Source: Pristiophorus japonicus (Eukaryota). Taken from it: DNA of 64,000 bases. How positions within the stretch are numbered: position 1 is the first letter of the stretch; each line of letters begins with the position of its first letter. The position numbers were made by a program, and so were the translations under genes. The notes beneath the pieces are model-generated. The model was not told where the DNA came from. It made no database searches and was given only the letters and a program-made list of their open reading frames with translations. Positions 25,357 through 38,193 of the stretch are shown in pieces. Where the stretch lies: contig NC_091987.1 in the NCBI RefSeq assembly GCF_044704955.1, positions 117,304,001 through 117,368,000 on the forward strand. The letters run 5' to 3'.

Positions 25357-25717
25357 ACGCAATCAATAAGGAAGGCAAATGGTATGTTGTCCTTTACTGT
25401 AAGGGGTTGGAATACAAGAGTAAGGAAGTCCCGCTACAACCGTATAGGGCCTTGTTGAGACCACACCTGGAGTACTGTGCACAGTTTTGGTCTCCTTATC
25501 CAAGGAAGGAAATACCTGCCTCGGAGACGGTGCAACAAAGGTTCACAAGATTGATTCCTGGGATGAGGGCTGTCTTATGATAAGATAGCGTGTAGAATGG
25601 GCCTATACGCTCTCAAGTTCAGAATAATGAGGTGTGATCTCATTGAAACATACAAGGTTCTGAAGGGGATTGCAGGTTAGATGCTAAGAGGCTGTTTCCC
25701 TTGGCGGGAGTGTCTAG
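25357..25717 (+). mobile_element. CR1 RT fragment in inverted orientation, adjoining the hypermutated copy
   Basis: AAGGCAAATGGTATGTTG..AGACCACACCTGGAGTACTGTGCACAGTTTTGGTCTCC..GATCTCATTGAAACATACAAG. Confidence 0.85.
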
Positions 25718-25911
25718 TTTTAAAACTTTTTAACAACCCTTAGAAACTCTTGCAATAAATTGGGAATTTTTTTCAACTTTTAACTTTTAAAATAACTTTG
25801 GAAGTCACCTTCCTAATGCCTGCCCCCAACCTAGCCTCGGGCCATTTACCATCAATGGCGCTACCCGGCGCCGAGCTCGCAGCCAACACTTCGCAGTAGG
25901 CAATTAGGCTT

Positions 25912-28900
25912 ATAGAGCTGTGCCTGGTCTCCAGTTGTCTTGGACCCCCTTGCCACTGGACCAAGAATGTGTTCAGCTAAGCCTGTGTGGTTGCGGGTGT
26001 GCAGCGGCCACCCCACGTTAAAAGAACTCACGCACAGGCATCTTCCACTTCGTCAGTATGAAGTTCGGGACCTGGAATGTCAGGACCCTCATGGACAATC
26101 CTAACAGCAACAGGCCGGAACGCCGCACCGCCTTAGTTGCCCAGGAACTCAGCCATTTTGACATTGATGTCGCCGCCCTAAGCGAGATCCGGCGGGCAGG
26201 GGAAGGCCAATTGAAGGAACATGGTGGAGGTTACACCTTCTTCTGGAAAGGGAAACCAGAGGCAGAACGCCGCCTTCATGGAGTCGGCTTTGCCGTCAAG
26301 AATGAGCTGGTTGACCGCCTCAAAGACTCCCCCTGTGGGGTTAACGAATGCCTCATGACTCTCCGTATCACTCTATCTCGGAACCAATGTGCCACAGTCA
26401 TCAGTGCGTACGCCCCTACACTCGATGCAACGGATGAGACCAAAGAGGGTTTTTATTCCAATCTCGAGACATCTTTTTCCCGAGTCCCCACGGGCGACAA
26501 ATCGATCCTCCTGGGAGATTTTAATGCCAGGGTTGGCAAAGACACAGCCCTCTGGGGAGGCGTGATTGGCAGAGAGGGGGTAAGGAAAGCCAACTCCAGC
26601 GGTACCCTACTCCTGACAAAATGTTGAGAACATGAACTCCTCATCACCAACACCCTGTTCCGCCAGAAGGACAAATACAAGGCATCGTGGCAACACCCTC
26701 GCTCTATACACTGGCACCTGCTTGACTATGTCATCGTCCAAGCCAGGGATCACAAGGATGTACGCATCACCCGTACCATGACAGGAGCTGACGACTGCTG
26801 GACGGACCACCGCCTAATCCGATCCATCATCAATATAAACATCGTCCCAAAGCAGAGGGGATAGCAGAAGCAGTTCCACAAAAAGTTAATGCCGGGGCAC
26901 TTAAAGACCCAGCTAAGAGAGCCCTATACAGCCAGCGCCTCACAGCCAATCTGGCGTGCCTTGATGACCCTGAGATGCTGAATCCCCATAGCGCTTGGTC
27001 TGCCCTCCAGGCCTCTATAACTAGTGCCTGTGAAGAGACACTTGGTCACTCAACCAGAAACTACCAGTTCTGGTTTGATGAAAATGATCAGGAGATCGAA
27101 GAACTAATAGATCGCAAGCGCAAAGCATTTCTGAGCCTCAAGCAACAGCGCAACGCGGGAGCTGCAAAACAACATTACAGATGGCTCAAGGCTCAGGTCC
27201 AACAAAAAACTTGGGACCTAAAGAACAGGTGGTGGATGGAGATACAACAACTGGTCGACAGCCATGATCTGCGAGGATTCTTCGCTGCAGTCAAGGCCAC
27301 CTATGGTCCAAACTCCCAAGGACCCACCCCACTCCTGGCCAAGAACAGGGAAACACTCATCAAGGACACCGAGGCTGTCAGGACCCGATGGAAGGAGCAC
27401 TTTGAAGATCTCCTCAATCGAGACTCTGCCTTTGACTCGAGTGTTCTCGATTCCATCCCGTAGAATGCGACCCGCCACCAACTCAGTGAAACTCCAACGT
27501 TGCACGAGGTAGGCAAAGCCATACAACAGTTTAAGAAAAACAAGGCTATGGGTGCGGATGGAATCCCTGCTGAGGCGCTAAAATTTTGCGGAGAGGCACT
27601 GTTGGCGTGGATACATGACCTCATCTCTCTCATCTGGAGGGAGGAGAGCATGCCGGGAGATCTGAGAGAAGCAGTGATTGTAATCATTTTTAAAAAGGGG
27701 GACAAGTCCGACTGCGGCAACTACAGGGGAATCTCCCTGCTTTCAGAATCTCCCTGATTGAGTTCTTCTCCCTGTGGCCGAGGAGCTCCTCCCGGAATCA
27801 CAATGCGGATTTCGTCCCCTATGGGGCACAACAGACATGATCTTTGCAGCGCGCCAGTTGCAGGAAAACTGCAGGGAGCAGCGCCAGCCCTTATACATGG
27901 CCTTTTTAGATCTTACAAAGGTCTTTGACATGGTCAACCATGAGGGTCTATGGAGCATCCTCCTCTGTTTCGGATGCCCCCAAAAGTTTGTCAACATCCT
28001 TCGCCTGCTTCTCGATGACATGCAGGCTGTGAGCCTTACCAAGGGATCCATTACAGACCCAATCCATGTCCAGATCGGGGTCAAACAGGGCTGCATTATC
28101 GCTCCAACCCTCTTCTCAATCTTCCTTGCCGCCATGCTCCACCTCACAATCAACAAGCTCCCCGCTGGAGTGGAATTAAACTACAGAACCAGTGGGAAGC
28201 TGTTTAACCTATGCCGCCTCCAGGCCAGGTCCAAGATCACCCCAACCTCTGACGTTGACCTGCAGTATGTGGACGACGTATGCGTCTGTGCACATTCAGA
28301 GGCTGAACTCCAGGATATAGTCAATGTATTCACTGAGGCAAATAAAAGCATGAGCCTTACGCTTAACATCCGTAAGACAAAGGTCCTCCACCAGCCTGTC
28401 ACCGCCGCACAGCACTGCCCTCCAATCATCAAGATCCACGGCGCGGCCCTGGACAACGTGGACCATTTCCCATATCTCGGGAGCCTCTTATCAACAAAGA
28501 CAGACATTGAGCGGAGATTCAGCATCGCCTCCAGTATGCCAGCGCAGCCTCCGGCCATCTGACGAAAAGAGTGTTTGAAGACCAGGCCCTCAAATCTACC
28601 ACCAAACTCATGGTCTACAGGGCTGTAGTAATACCCGCCCTCCTGTATGGATCTGAGGCATGGACGATGTATAGAAGGCACCTCAAGTCACTGAAGATAT
28701 ACCACCAACGATGTCTCTGCAAGATCCTGCAAATCCCCTGGGAGGACAGGCGCACCAACATCAGTGTCTTCGACCAGGCTAACATCCCCAGGATTGAAGC
28801 ACTGACCACACTCGATCAGCTTCGCTGGGCAGGCCACATAGTACACATCCCAGATACGAAACTCCCTAAGCAAATGCTTTATGCAGAGCTCCTTCATGGT

Positions 28901-29232
28901 AAATGAGCCAAAGGAAGACAGCGGAAACGTTATAAGGACACCCTCAAAGCCTCGCTGGTAAAGTACGACATCACCACTGACACCTGGGAGACCCTGGCCG
29001 CAGACCGCCCGAGGTGGAGAAAGTGCATCCGGGCGGGCGTTGAGCTCTTCGAGTCTCAACGCAAAGAGCATGAAGAGGCCAAGCGCAGGCAGCAGAAGGA
29101 GCACATGGCAAACCAGCCCCACCCACCCCTTCCCTTGACGAATGTCTGTCCCACCTGTGACAGGGTCTGTGACTCTTGTATCGCACTGTTCAGCCATCAA
29201 AGAACTCACTTCTCAATACCTATGATGATGAC
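25912..29232 (+). mobile_element. Near full-length RTE-clade LINE with one disrupted ORF (starts 26058)
   Basis: APE motifs MKFGTWNVRTL, SAYAPT, LLGDFNA; RT motifs ESQCGFR, GVKQGC, QYVDD; C-terminal C2H2 CPTCDRVC..HQRTH; (ATG)n tail; several stops and frameshifts. Confidence 0.95.
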
Positions 29233-30261
29233 CATGATTGCAGTGGTCAGCCCACCTCTGAATGCTCTGCTGAGTGGCTGAACGCTCAGCGGGGTCCTAA
29301 ATTCGTGCAAGGCTAGCACCAATTAAAGCTAGCCTGCACTACTTAAAGGCAGTTCGCACTTCTTAAAGGGAAGGTGCATTCTGTCTGCAGAAGCTTATTC
29401 AACTGGCTGGCAAAGAGAGTGTGAGGAGGAAAAAACACCAATGATATCACAACAGGGGAGAGAACTTACGCCAAGGTTCTTCGATGCAGCACTGAAGGTC
29501 TTTGTGCAGGAGGTCAACTCAAGGAGAGAGATCCTCTTTCCACAGGGCCCAGGAGGACTTTCAGGCAAATGTGTAAAATCCAATGGGAGCAGATAGCCGC
29601 TGTGGAGAATGCCAGCAGTATAGCCCCGAGATCTTGGATGCAGTGCAGGAAGAGGTTTAATGACCTAACATAAGTGTCATGATCAGTGAATTCATCTTCA
29701 CTTCTCCTGCCTAAAGAAAGTCTGTGATCTCTCTTATGCAGCAGTGAACAGCATATTGGGAGATGTTACAGATGTTATCTGCTCCAACCTGGAAGGATCC
29801 TGACGCAATGAAATTCAGGGCCATGGTCACCTTCGCAGTCGCTGGCAGCACTGTCCTTACTCTGGTGTGTGGCTGCAGGTCTGGTTGCAAGAGATGGCAG
29901 AGTTCTGTGAGCACCTTCTTCGTAAAGCAAAGACACGGCACACTGCTCCTGGCTCAGACTGAGGTAAGATAATTGCTCTCAGAAGACCCTAAGTAGGTAA
30001 GGCCTCCTGCTGAGAGTCCTTCTCCCCATCTCCTCTTCCATCTGTGAGCAGCTTGTCCTCTTCTTCACTGCCTCTGCTCTCGCTCCCTGTCATGCTGCAG
30101 GCTAAGGGGGATGACAATGAGAGCCCCCATGACTGGGAGCAAATGGTCTGACCAGAACTCTTGAAGTCAGAACAAAGGCCTTCTCCACTTATACTCCCTG
30201 TCACCTCACCAACTTTAAACAACTCTAGAAAGCTCCAACTCTTCCACAAAGTTGGCTGGTG

Positions 30262-30661
30262 CAGATATGATGGTAAGTACTGCAGGGAATCGAATACAGC
30301 CAGGGTGATCTCCTGGATTAGTATTGATTGCCTGGATGGGTCGGAGAGAAATTTTCACAGATATTTTTTTCCCCAATTGGTCTGGGTTTTTATCTGGTTT
30401 TTGCCTCTCCCAGGAGATCACATGGCTCCAGTTGGGGTGGAGTGTAAAATGTTTCAGTGTAAGGGGTGTCGCAGTTGTGTGGGCGGACTGGTTGGGCTGG
30501 GTGCTCTTTACCTTTCTGCCATTGTTCATTGTTCATAGGTTTATATCTAACCTTCAGGGCTGCTGACTGAGGGCCGTGTTGCTCTTTGTCGGCTGGAGCG
30601 GACGCAATGGGCCGAAATGACTTCCTTCTGCACAGTAAATTTCTATGTTTCTATGTTTCTA
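30262..30661 (+). mobile_element. CR1 long-3'UTR fragment (same subfamily as 15274-15680)
   Basis: Reverse complement of about 15280-15680; ends TTTCTATGTTTCTATGTTTCT. Confidence 0.85.
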
Positions 30662-30984
30662 AACTTGCCCAGAGCCAGTAGAAATTAATCAGCAACTAGC
30701 CTTAGAGTGATTGCTTACCCCTTTAAATATCATTGGTGGGGGGGGGGGTCCTTGCTGCTGCTGAACGCATGTTCAGCTGTGCGAGGTTAAGACAGGGCGT
30801 TAGCTCCTGCGATGAGGACAAAATTGCACGCTGATTGACGTCACAATCTGCCCATTCAACATACTTCCAGTGCACCCTCCTAACCCCTCCCTACCGTTCT
30901 CACCAAGATGGCGTCTGGCACTGCATGCAGCAGAAGTGTGTGCGACACGGACACCACTTTCATCACAAAACCTTTGTTGGATCC

Positions 30985-31435
30985 TTGGAGGGAGTGCAGC
31001 GTGGATTTACCAGAATGATACCTGGACTCCAAGGGTTAAATTATGCCGAAGGATTGCACAATTAGGGTTGTATTCCTGGAATTTAGAAGGTTAAGGGGTG
31101 ATTTGATCGAAGTTGTCAAGATAGTAAGGGGAACTAATAAGGTAGCTAGAGATAAACTATTTCCCCTGGTAGGGGAGTCTAGAACTCGGGGGCATAGTAT
31201 AAAAATTAGAGCCAGCCTTTTCAGGAGTGAAATTAGGAAACACTTCCACACGCAAAGGGTGGTAGATGTTTTGGACTCTCTTCTGCAAGCAGCAATTGAT
31301 GCTAGGTTAATTGTTAATTTTAAATCTGAGATTGATAGCTTTCTAATAACCAAAGGTATTAAAGGATATGGGGTAAAGGCAGGTATATGGAGTTAGGTCT
31401 TTGAATGGCGGAACAGGCTCGAGGGGCTCAATGGA
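30985..31435 (+). mobile_element. CR1 3' fragment
   Basis: LEFRRLRGDLIEVVKIVRG..FHTQRVV..IKGYG. Confidence 0.85.
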
Positions 31436-31669
31436 TTAGACTTCATCCTATAAGGAGGCAGTTGTTTTAGCCAATAGTGACTGGCAGGAGAGCGCATCCT
31501 TTAACATGCATAGGAAAAAAAAAACGAGATTCGGTGTAAAGTGAAAATTGCATTGTCTCTACGCGTATTCCACTAGCAGAAGCAACAAAGTGATCATGCC
31601 GGTTTTCTTGAAAAGTGTCCTGTGCTCCTATCCTGTGTGTCCCCAGATTAAGTTTAGCATATATGGTCA

Positions 31670-31965
31670 CCCTACTATGAATATATATTTATATATTCTC
31701 ATTATATATTTGTATGTGTATAATATATCCACTGTGTGTAGTATAAATCTAGTCTATGTATCTATGTATATTGAGTATTTATATATACACATAAGAAAAG
31801 CTTATATTTATATTTCACTTCCTCAGGGGCTCCAAAGTGCTTTACAGCCAATTAAATACTTTTAAAATGTTGAATATATGTTAACATACAGATTTTATAC
31901 ATATATCTTAAATATATATAATATTTATTAGTTTATCTAGTATACAATCTAGTTTATATAAACTA
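31670..31965. repeat. AT-rich low-complexity tract
   Basis: TATA-rich sequence with almost no CpG. Confidence 0.7.
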
Positions 31966-32239
31966 TTCCATGACTCTACCTTTTCAGACAAGCACCAGAT
32001 TCCAATTGTAAGTGGATTCCTGTAGCAAAGTTGTCAACAGTTCATGTGCCTCATTACAACAATGACTACACTTCAAAAAGTCATTCATTGGCTGTAAAGT
32101 GCTTTGAGACATCCAGTGGTAGCGAACGGCGCTACATAAATGCAAGTCTTTCTTTCATCCTTTCCGATGATAAAGAAATTGGTAACCTGATCAATGGCTC
32201 TCCTTCTGTGAAGATGCTTTTATGTTTTTTTTCCCTCTC

Positions 32240-33760
32240 ACACTCGCGTAAGCTGCAGTTTGGGGAAACAGCCAACCCATTGTGTGTACGGGTGGGACTC
32301 AACTGTTGCACATCTGTCAACCGGGAAGTTGCAAACCTGGCCACAGTCTGGCTGGAGGCAGGCGAGCTTGGAATGAGGAACTTATTGTCAATCTGGGACC
32401 GGCTCTAATCAATTTCAATCAGAGTCAGTTTCGTGACAGGAGGGATCAGCGGGGATCCTCTTCTGCTCGTCATTGTCACGCGAATATACAGAGAGATCCT
32501 GAGACTGCCGATTTATTGACAGAAAGAACCCCAGGCTGCTGACTCGATACAACTCACCCCGTGTATGTGACCAGAAGCTGTCACCTCCCGATCCTGTGTC
32601 TGACCTGGCAGTCCCCCAAAACACACTCAACAGCGAAACATCGACTGCGAACAAATCGAAACGAGGAAGAAAGTCCGGCCGGTCTCAGCACGGTGCATCT
32701 ACAGGATAAAACCTCAGCGCGAACAAAAACAAACTTACTCTCCCTTTGACACTTTCAAGACAAACGCAGCGGGATGGATGGTCCCTGACACCGGCGAGGA
32801 TTCCTTCAAATGAAAGAATTAATTTTAAACCTTTCAGATCCCAAAGTAATAAACCCCGACAGGTAAGTGTGGGGTAGTTGGCGGGGTGGTGATGAGGGGT
32901 GGGGGGGGTTGGTGATGAGGGGGATGTCGAGGGTCTTTCATCTTTGGATTCATCTGTTCCTGATGTGATTGATTGAATTGCAAATATATAAGACTCCCTG
33001 ATTTTCAGAGACTGATTCAAGAACAGTTCCTTATTGGAAAACAAATGGTTATGCTAAATTGATGCATATTTTTCACACACACTTGACACTGACACATTCA
33101 GGCACGCACCCACACACACTTGACACAGCACCCGCCCACCCACACACACACACACACACGACACAGCACCTACACACACACACTTGACACAACACACACA
33201 CATGACACAGCACACACACACACACTTGACACAGCACACACACATGACACAGCACACACACACACACACTTGACACAGCACACACACATGACACAGCACA
33301 CACACACACACACACACTTGACACAGCACACACACACACACTTGACACAGCACACCACACAGCACCCACACGCACAAACATACACAGGGCGGTGGGGGTA
33401 CTTTGATCATCGAACCGTACATTCCCCACGCTACCGTTCTGAGTGTATCGATCACTGCCTAGGAGCTGAGCTTCCAGGACGCTCTCCTACTGGACAGAGC
33501 TGGGCTGCTGCTCTCGCTGTAGCTCGGGTCTCAGATGAACTATTCAACAGCCTGTCCGCTGCTCCTGGAAATATGGAGACGTTGCCTTTTTAAAAAGCAG
33601 TAATTCGATGATAAAATCGTTAAAGTTTCTTTATCGATGAGGAGGATGGGGGAGGGCGAAGAAGCTTTTTATCTCTCATCGATTACAATGCGGAGTGATG
33701 TTGGTGAGATGGGCCCTTGCTGCTGTTCAGTGGCACGCATCCAGCAGAGGATCGTTACAA
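32240..33760 (+). promoter_or_regulatory. CpG-rich unique region; candidate promoter and 5'UTR exon of the ADGRG4-like gene (donor CAG|GTAAGT at 32862/32863)
   Basis: Clearly higher CpG density than the flanks, with no recognisable TE; consensus splice donor upstream of the acceptor at 40596. Confidence 0.45.
33075..33385. repeat. Compound (CA)n minisatellite (units like CACACTTGACACAGCACACA)
   Basis: Direct inspection; it produces the Cys/Val and His/Thr junk ORFs. Confidence 0.95.
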
Positions 33761-33993
33761 GGTGTCCCCAGTCCCTCTCTTAGTCCCACTGAAATACTGT
33801 ACGTTTTTTTTAAAAGAGATTCCATCTTAATTAAAATGTGACTCCACCCCCGCTACACATACAAAGATCAGGGGATTTTCTCGATTAGTTATTTGGTAGA
33901 GAATTCATAAGCACATGAAGCGAGACAGACTGGCATTTATCCATTGCACTGTCACCTCTCTAAAGGTACATTTGCTCTATAACTGTAGCATCA

Positions 33994-34610
33994 TCATCAT
34001 CATCATTGGCAGTCCCTCGGAATCGAGGAAGACTTGCTTCCACTCTTAAAATGAGTTCTTAGGTGGCTGAACAGTCCAATACGAGAACCACAGTCCCTGT
34101 CACGGGTGGGTGGAACTGGTTTGCCACACGCTCTTTCCGCTGCCTACGCTTTCTGCATGCTCTCGGCAATGAGACTCGAGGAGCTCAGCGCCTTCCCGGA
34201 TGCACTTCCTCCACTTAGGGCGATCTTTGGCCAGGGACTCCCAGGTGTAAGTGGGGATGTTGCACTTTATCAAGGAGGTTTTGAGGGTGCCCTTGTAATG
34301 TTTCCACTGCCCACCTTTGGCTCTACAGGCTCTACAGGATCATAGTCTACAGGGCTGTAATAATACCCGCCCTCCTGTATGGCTCAGAGACATGGACCAT
34401 GTACAGTAGACACCTTAAGTCGCTGGAGAAATACCACCAACTATGTCTCTGCAAGATCCTACAAATCCCTTGGGAGGACAGATGCACCAACATTAGCGTC
34501 CTCGACCAGGCCAATATCCCCAGCATTGAAGCACTGACCATACTTGATCAGCTCCGAAGGGCAGGCCATATAGTTCGCATGCCAGATACGAGACTCCCAA
34601 AGCAAGTGCT
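33994..34610. mobile_element. RTE LINE 3' fragment with a 5' inversion; TSD CTGTAGCATCA
   Basis: The (CAT)n tail and 3' part lie on - (to about 34321); the upstream segment VYRAV..LPKQVL lies on + (34345-34610); 11-bp direct repeat at 33983 and 34611. Confidence 0.9.
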
Positions 34611-34894
34611 CTGTAGCATCAGTGGCAATGCTGGAGATACAATAGTCTACAGGCAGCCTGAAATCCAGTGTTGGAGCCTGATTTGACCCTGAAGCCAACT
34701 GTGTAAAATTCCCTGGAGGAGAGGGTTTCATTTGGTTTTGCTGGGGGGGGGGGGGGGGGCGGAGGAGTTTGGGCCTGGACACTGGATTTACACAGCACAC
34801 TTTCAGTGCCAACACAGAGCTGCAACCACTTTACATCAACACTCATGTAAATGCACAGTCAGACACATTCTAGTATCCTGAACAACATTTTTCC

Positions 34895-35075
34895 TTCAAA
34901 CCAACACCATTAAAACAAATTTACCTCACTGCTGTTAGTGGGACCTTGCTGTGCGCAACTTGACTGTGCGTCTTATCTACAGTACAATAGTGATTACACT
35001 TCAATTGTAGTTCATTGACTGTGATGTTCTTTGGGATGACCTGAGGATGTGAAAGGGGCTATATAAATGCAACTT
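34895..35075 (+). mobile_element. Deu-SINE 3' fragment
   Basis: GTGGGACCTTGCTGTGCGCAA..TGAAAGGGGCTATATAAATGCAA. Confidence 0.65.
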
Positions 35076-35734
35076 TAAAAAAATTCTCATGAGATTTCAT
35101 TTATGCCCCTTATATTGCAGAAGAGCATCTAGTAGAAGTGTTGTGAGTTGTGATTCTTGATGCTTGGATTCTGCCCCATTTATATCACAGGGCGGGTTTC
35201 AGAGCACCAGTGGCCCAAAGAAACAGCTGTGCTAACACCTTTAATGTCTTTAGCTGCAGGCCTTCCCTGATGTCAGGGAAAGTTCATGTGGACCTGCAGT
35301 GCCAAACCTGTGACCTGCAGGGGCTTGCATGTTCATTTGTGTTTAGTGTTGGCTGCGCTATACCATTGGGGGCACTGGTAAATCACCTTTTGATTTATCT
35401 TGATCTCAATGCTGCCCCATTTATTGGACAGTGTTGCCTAAGGTTGGGCTGCCATTGGTGCCAGCACTGGAATATATAGAGGTAATTGGATCACTGCTTG
35501 GACCAAGATTCAAGTGACAACTACCCATGGGGCTAGAGCCTGCAACCAACCAAGTGGGGGAGAGAAAGAAAGACTTGCATTTATATAGCGCCTTTCACAA
35601 ATTCAGGACATCCCGAAGTGCTTTACAGCCATTTAACTACTTTTGAAGTGTAGTCACGGTTGTAATGAGGGAGGGAGGTAGGCCTATCATCATATGGAGG
35701 AGGATGCAGTGCAATTCATCATCCAAAAGAACCA

Positions 35735-36426
35735 GGGGGTGAACTTGCCCTGAGCCCCGATTGGGGGTGGTAACCTGCTGGGGCCGGGACTTCCTGCACC
35801 TGGGGCAGAAGTCCTGCCCCCACCGCTGAATTGGGCAGGTCCCGGGGTGCTACTGGGGCGAGGACTGCAGTGCCTCGCAGATGTTCCACGTAGCACTGAT
35901 GCGCTTCAACACCCCTCTCCTAGGCCATCAGGGCAGCATCGCACCGGACCTGCAACCCGGCACCCAACACAGCAAGCTGGGATGCACGATGCTCGGGAGC
36001 TGACCCGAGAGTTGGCAAACCAATTAAGATGCCAGTGCGGGGATCTGGCGACCTCCCCTTTAACTTCCACCTCGTGAGCGGATGTCGGCCAGCGTTGTGA
36101 CCTGTGACGCCGCCGTTGATATCCGATCATGCCAGCTTCGTGGGCTGCGGGGCAATTTCCCCCACGGTGTTGAAAAGGGTAGGTGCGCGGTGATGAGGGG
36201 TTGCCGTGCATAATGATGAGATCATCACTGGTTGTGCAGCGGCCCGGGGCACTACCCATGGAGTGTGGTACTGCTATGGCAGTGCCTCTGCAAACTCCCG
36301 AGAGCCAGTAGGAACCTCCCCCTCCCCTCCCTATACAACCCCCCGGGGGGAAATTTCTCTTCCGCCCCGTTAGTGCATCCCCCAGAAGCGCTAACGGGCC
36401 TCTAAAAAAGTGGCAATTTCGCGCCC
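35735..36426. mobile_element. Non-autonomous TIR element (Harbinger-like MITE), related to 38194-38967
   Basis: TIRs GGGGGTGAACTTGCCC and GGCAATTTCGCGCCC; internal similarity to the second copy (GAGCTGACCCGAGA.TTGGCAA). Confidence 0.7.
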
Positions 36427-37155
36427 GCCCCCCCCAGGTCTTCTGCCAAACCCATGCTATTCTGCCTCACAAAGGCCATAACTTATGTTGCTTTGTGTCA
36501 CTTTACAAAACTGTCCAAAAACAAACTGCGTCAGAATTTAAAACAAATCCCAACTATAACATAAGAAATATTGATTGGATGGCAGTGTAGTTAGTCAGTC
36601 GTTTAGTTGCTTACCTAACTGCTCGAATTTCATTCGCTTTGGTTACAATGATACATGAACCCCTTGATTTCCATACTGCCCAGCAATCTGACACTGCCTC
36701 CACTTTAAATTAATTCTAGATTATTTCCTTGTACAGTAATAGTTCCTAATTTAGCACATTATATAAGATGTGTTTGATACCATTAATGTCATGTCGCCAC
36801 AGCGCCACATACTTATTACCTTAAATGTAGCTACAATAATAGTTGTATTGTGCGAACTATTGTAATTTTTAAAGTACCACAATGAAGATTGCGTTGTTTT
36901 GACCATAATACCCTTACTTTTGTTTACAATTGGATCCACCAAATGGTCTGGAGGATGGTGTGGGCAGGATAGGTTATGAATCACATGGACAAAAGCTGCA
37001 GCAAGAATTTTGCCCCAACAGGGAGGGATTTGCATCTTTGCTGAAATCCTGGTGATGCCAGTTGCTTTGGTTCCATTTTTGAAATGAGTCAAAATAAATA
37101 AATAAAACAAATATCACCCTCTACCTTTTAGCTATACCCAAAATATGGGTTGTAA

Positions 37156-37565
37156 TCATAGAATGTGACAGCATAGAAGCAGGCCATTCAACCCGTCAAG
37201 TATGTGCCAGCTTTTTGAAAGAGCTACCCAATTAGTCCTACTCCCTTTCCCATTGCCCTGCAAAATTTTCTTTTTCGGGTATATATCTAATTCCTTTTTG
37301 ATAGTTACTGTTGAATCTGTTTCCACCACAATTTTCAGCAGTACATTCCAGATCATAACAATTCACTGCATAACAAATGTCTTCCTCAGCTCCCTCTTGG
37401 TGCTTTTGCCAATTATCATAAATCTGTGTCCTTTGATTATCAATCCCCTTGCCACTGGAAACAGTTTCTCCTTATTTACTGTATCAAAACCCTTCATACT
37501 TTTGAATACCTCTATTAAATCTCCCTGAACCTTCTCTGCTCCAACCAGCTTCTCTAGTGTTGCCA
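37156..37565 (-). mobile_element. CR1 3' fragment
   Basis: GDLIEVFKSMKGFDTVNKEKLFP; AATCATAGAATG tail. Confidence 0.8.
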
Positions 37566-38193
37566 TTAATTACAAGGATTAGTGATTTAGTAGGATTTTG
37601 GCAAGTATCATCTTGAGTTAAGTTGCACCCTGAAATTGGCTTGTTTTTCCAGAGGAAAGGATGGAGTCCATAAAGAAAAATATACCTGAGAACATTGACT
37701 AAATCCTGCCCATCCGCCCTGTCCCCTCATTTAGTTGTATTGTATAATATATTCCTCTAAAGTTGTTGTTTTACTGGTGGTGCCAACGACATCATTAGTG
37801 CAGCAGTGTGAGTTATCCTGCCTGCTCTGTCTGCGACAGTGTGAAGTTGGGTCAGGGCACATGACAGGCACCGTCAGTGTGTCTTCTATTGAAAGTTAGC
37901 GCTTTTCAATTAATAGGAAATACAATGGCAACACAGGAGACTACTTAAGTTTTCAAACAGGCAGAAATGGTTTATGTGCTGTCTTCAGTTACACTGTTGC
38001 TGATTTGAAGCAAAATTGATGTGAGACCACCTCTGGGATGTCACTTCACTTACATTGATCCGTAGGAGGTCTTTGTTGTCAAGATAAACAATTCTGAAAC
38101 ACATTTTATTTATGGAGAGAAGGGTATGCCGACGTGATCAGTGACACAATTGTATCACCACTAATATCGGCGATGCAGCAAGCGATGCTCTGT

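Larger units (their letters stand above)
24001..31473. mobile_element. Large decayed Harbinger-type element hosting CR1 and RTE insertions
   Basis: Left end GGGCTAAAAATT; candidate right end TTTTAGCCA near 31465-31473; Myb remnant on + (about 29440-29680, QCRKRFNDL) and transposase N-terminal remnant on - (29711-30110, SGSFQ). The right boundary is uncertain. Confidence 0.55.

Noticed and set aside
24755-25378. Pro-rich 204-aa and Gly-rich ORFs resembling extensin-like proteins
   Set aside because: By-products of T-to-C hypermutation removing stop codons from a CR1 copy; not a gene.
33054-33593. Cys/Val-rich and His/Thr-rich ORFs (metallothionein-like look)
   Set aside because: Translations of a (CA)n minisatellite.
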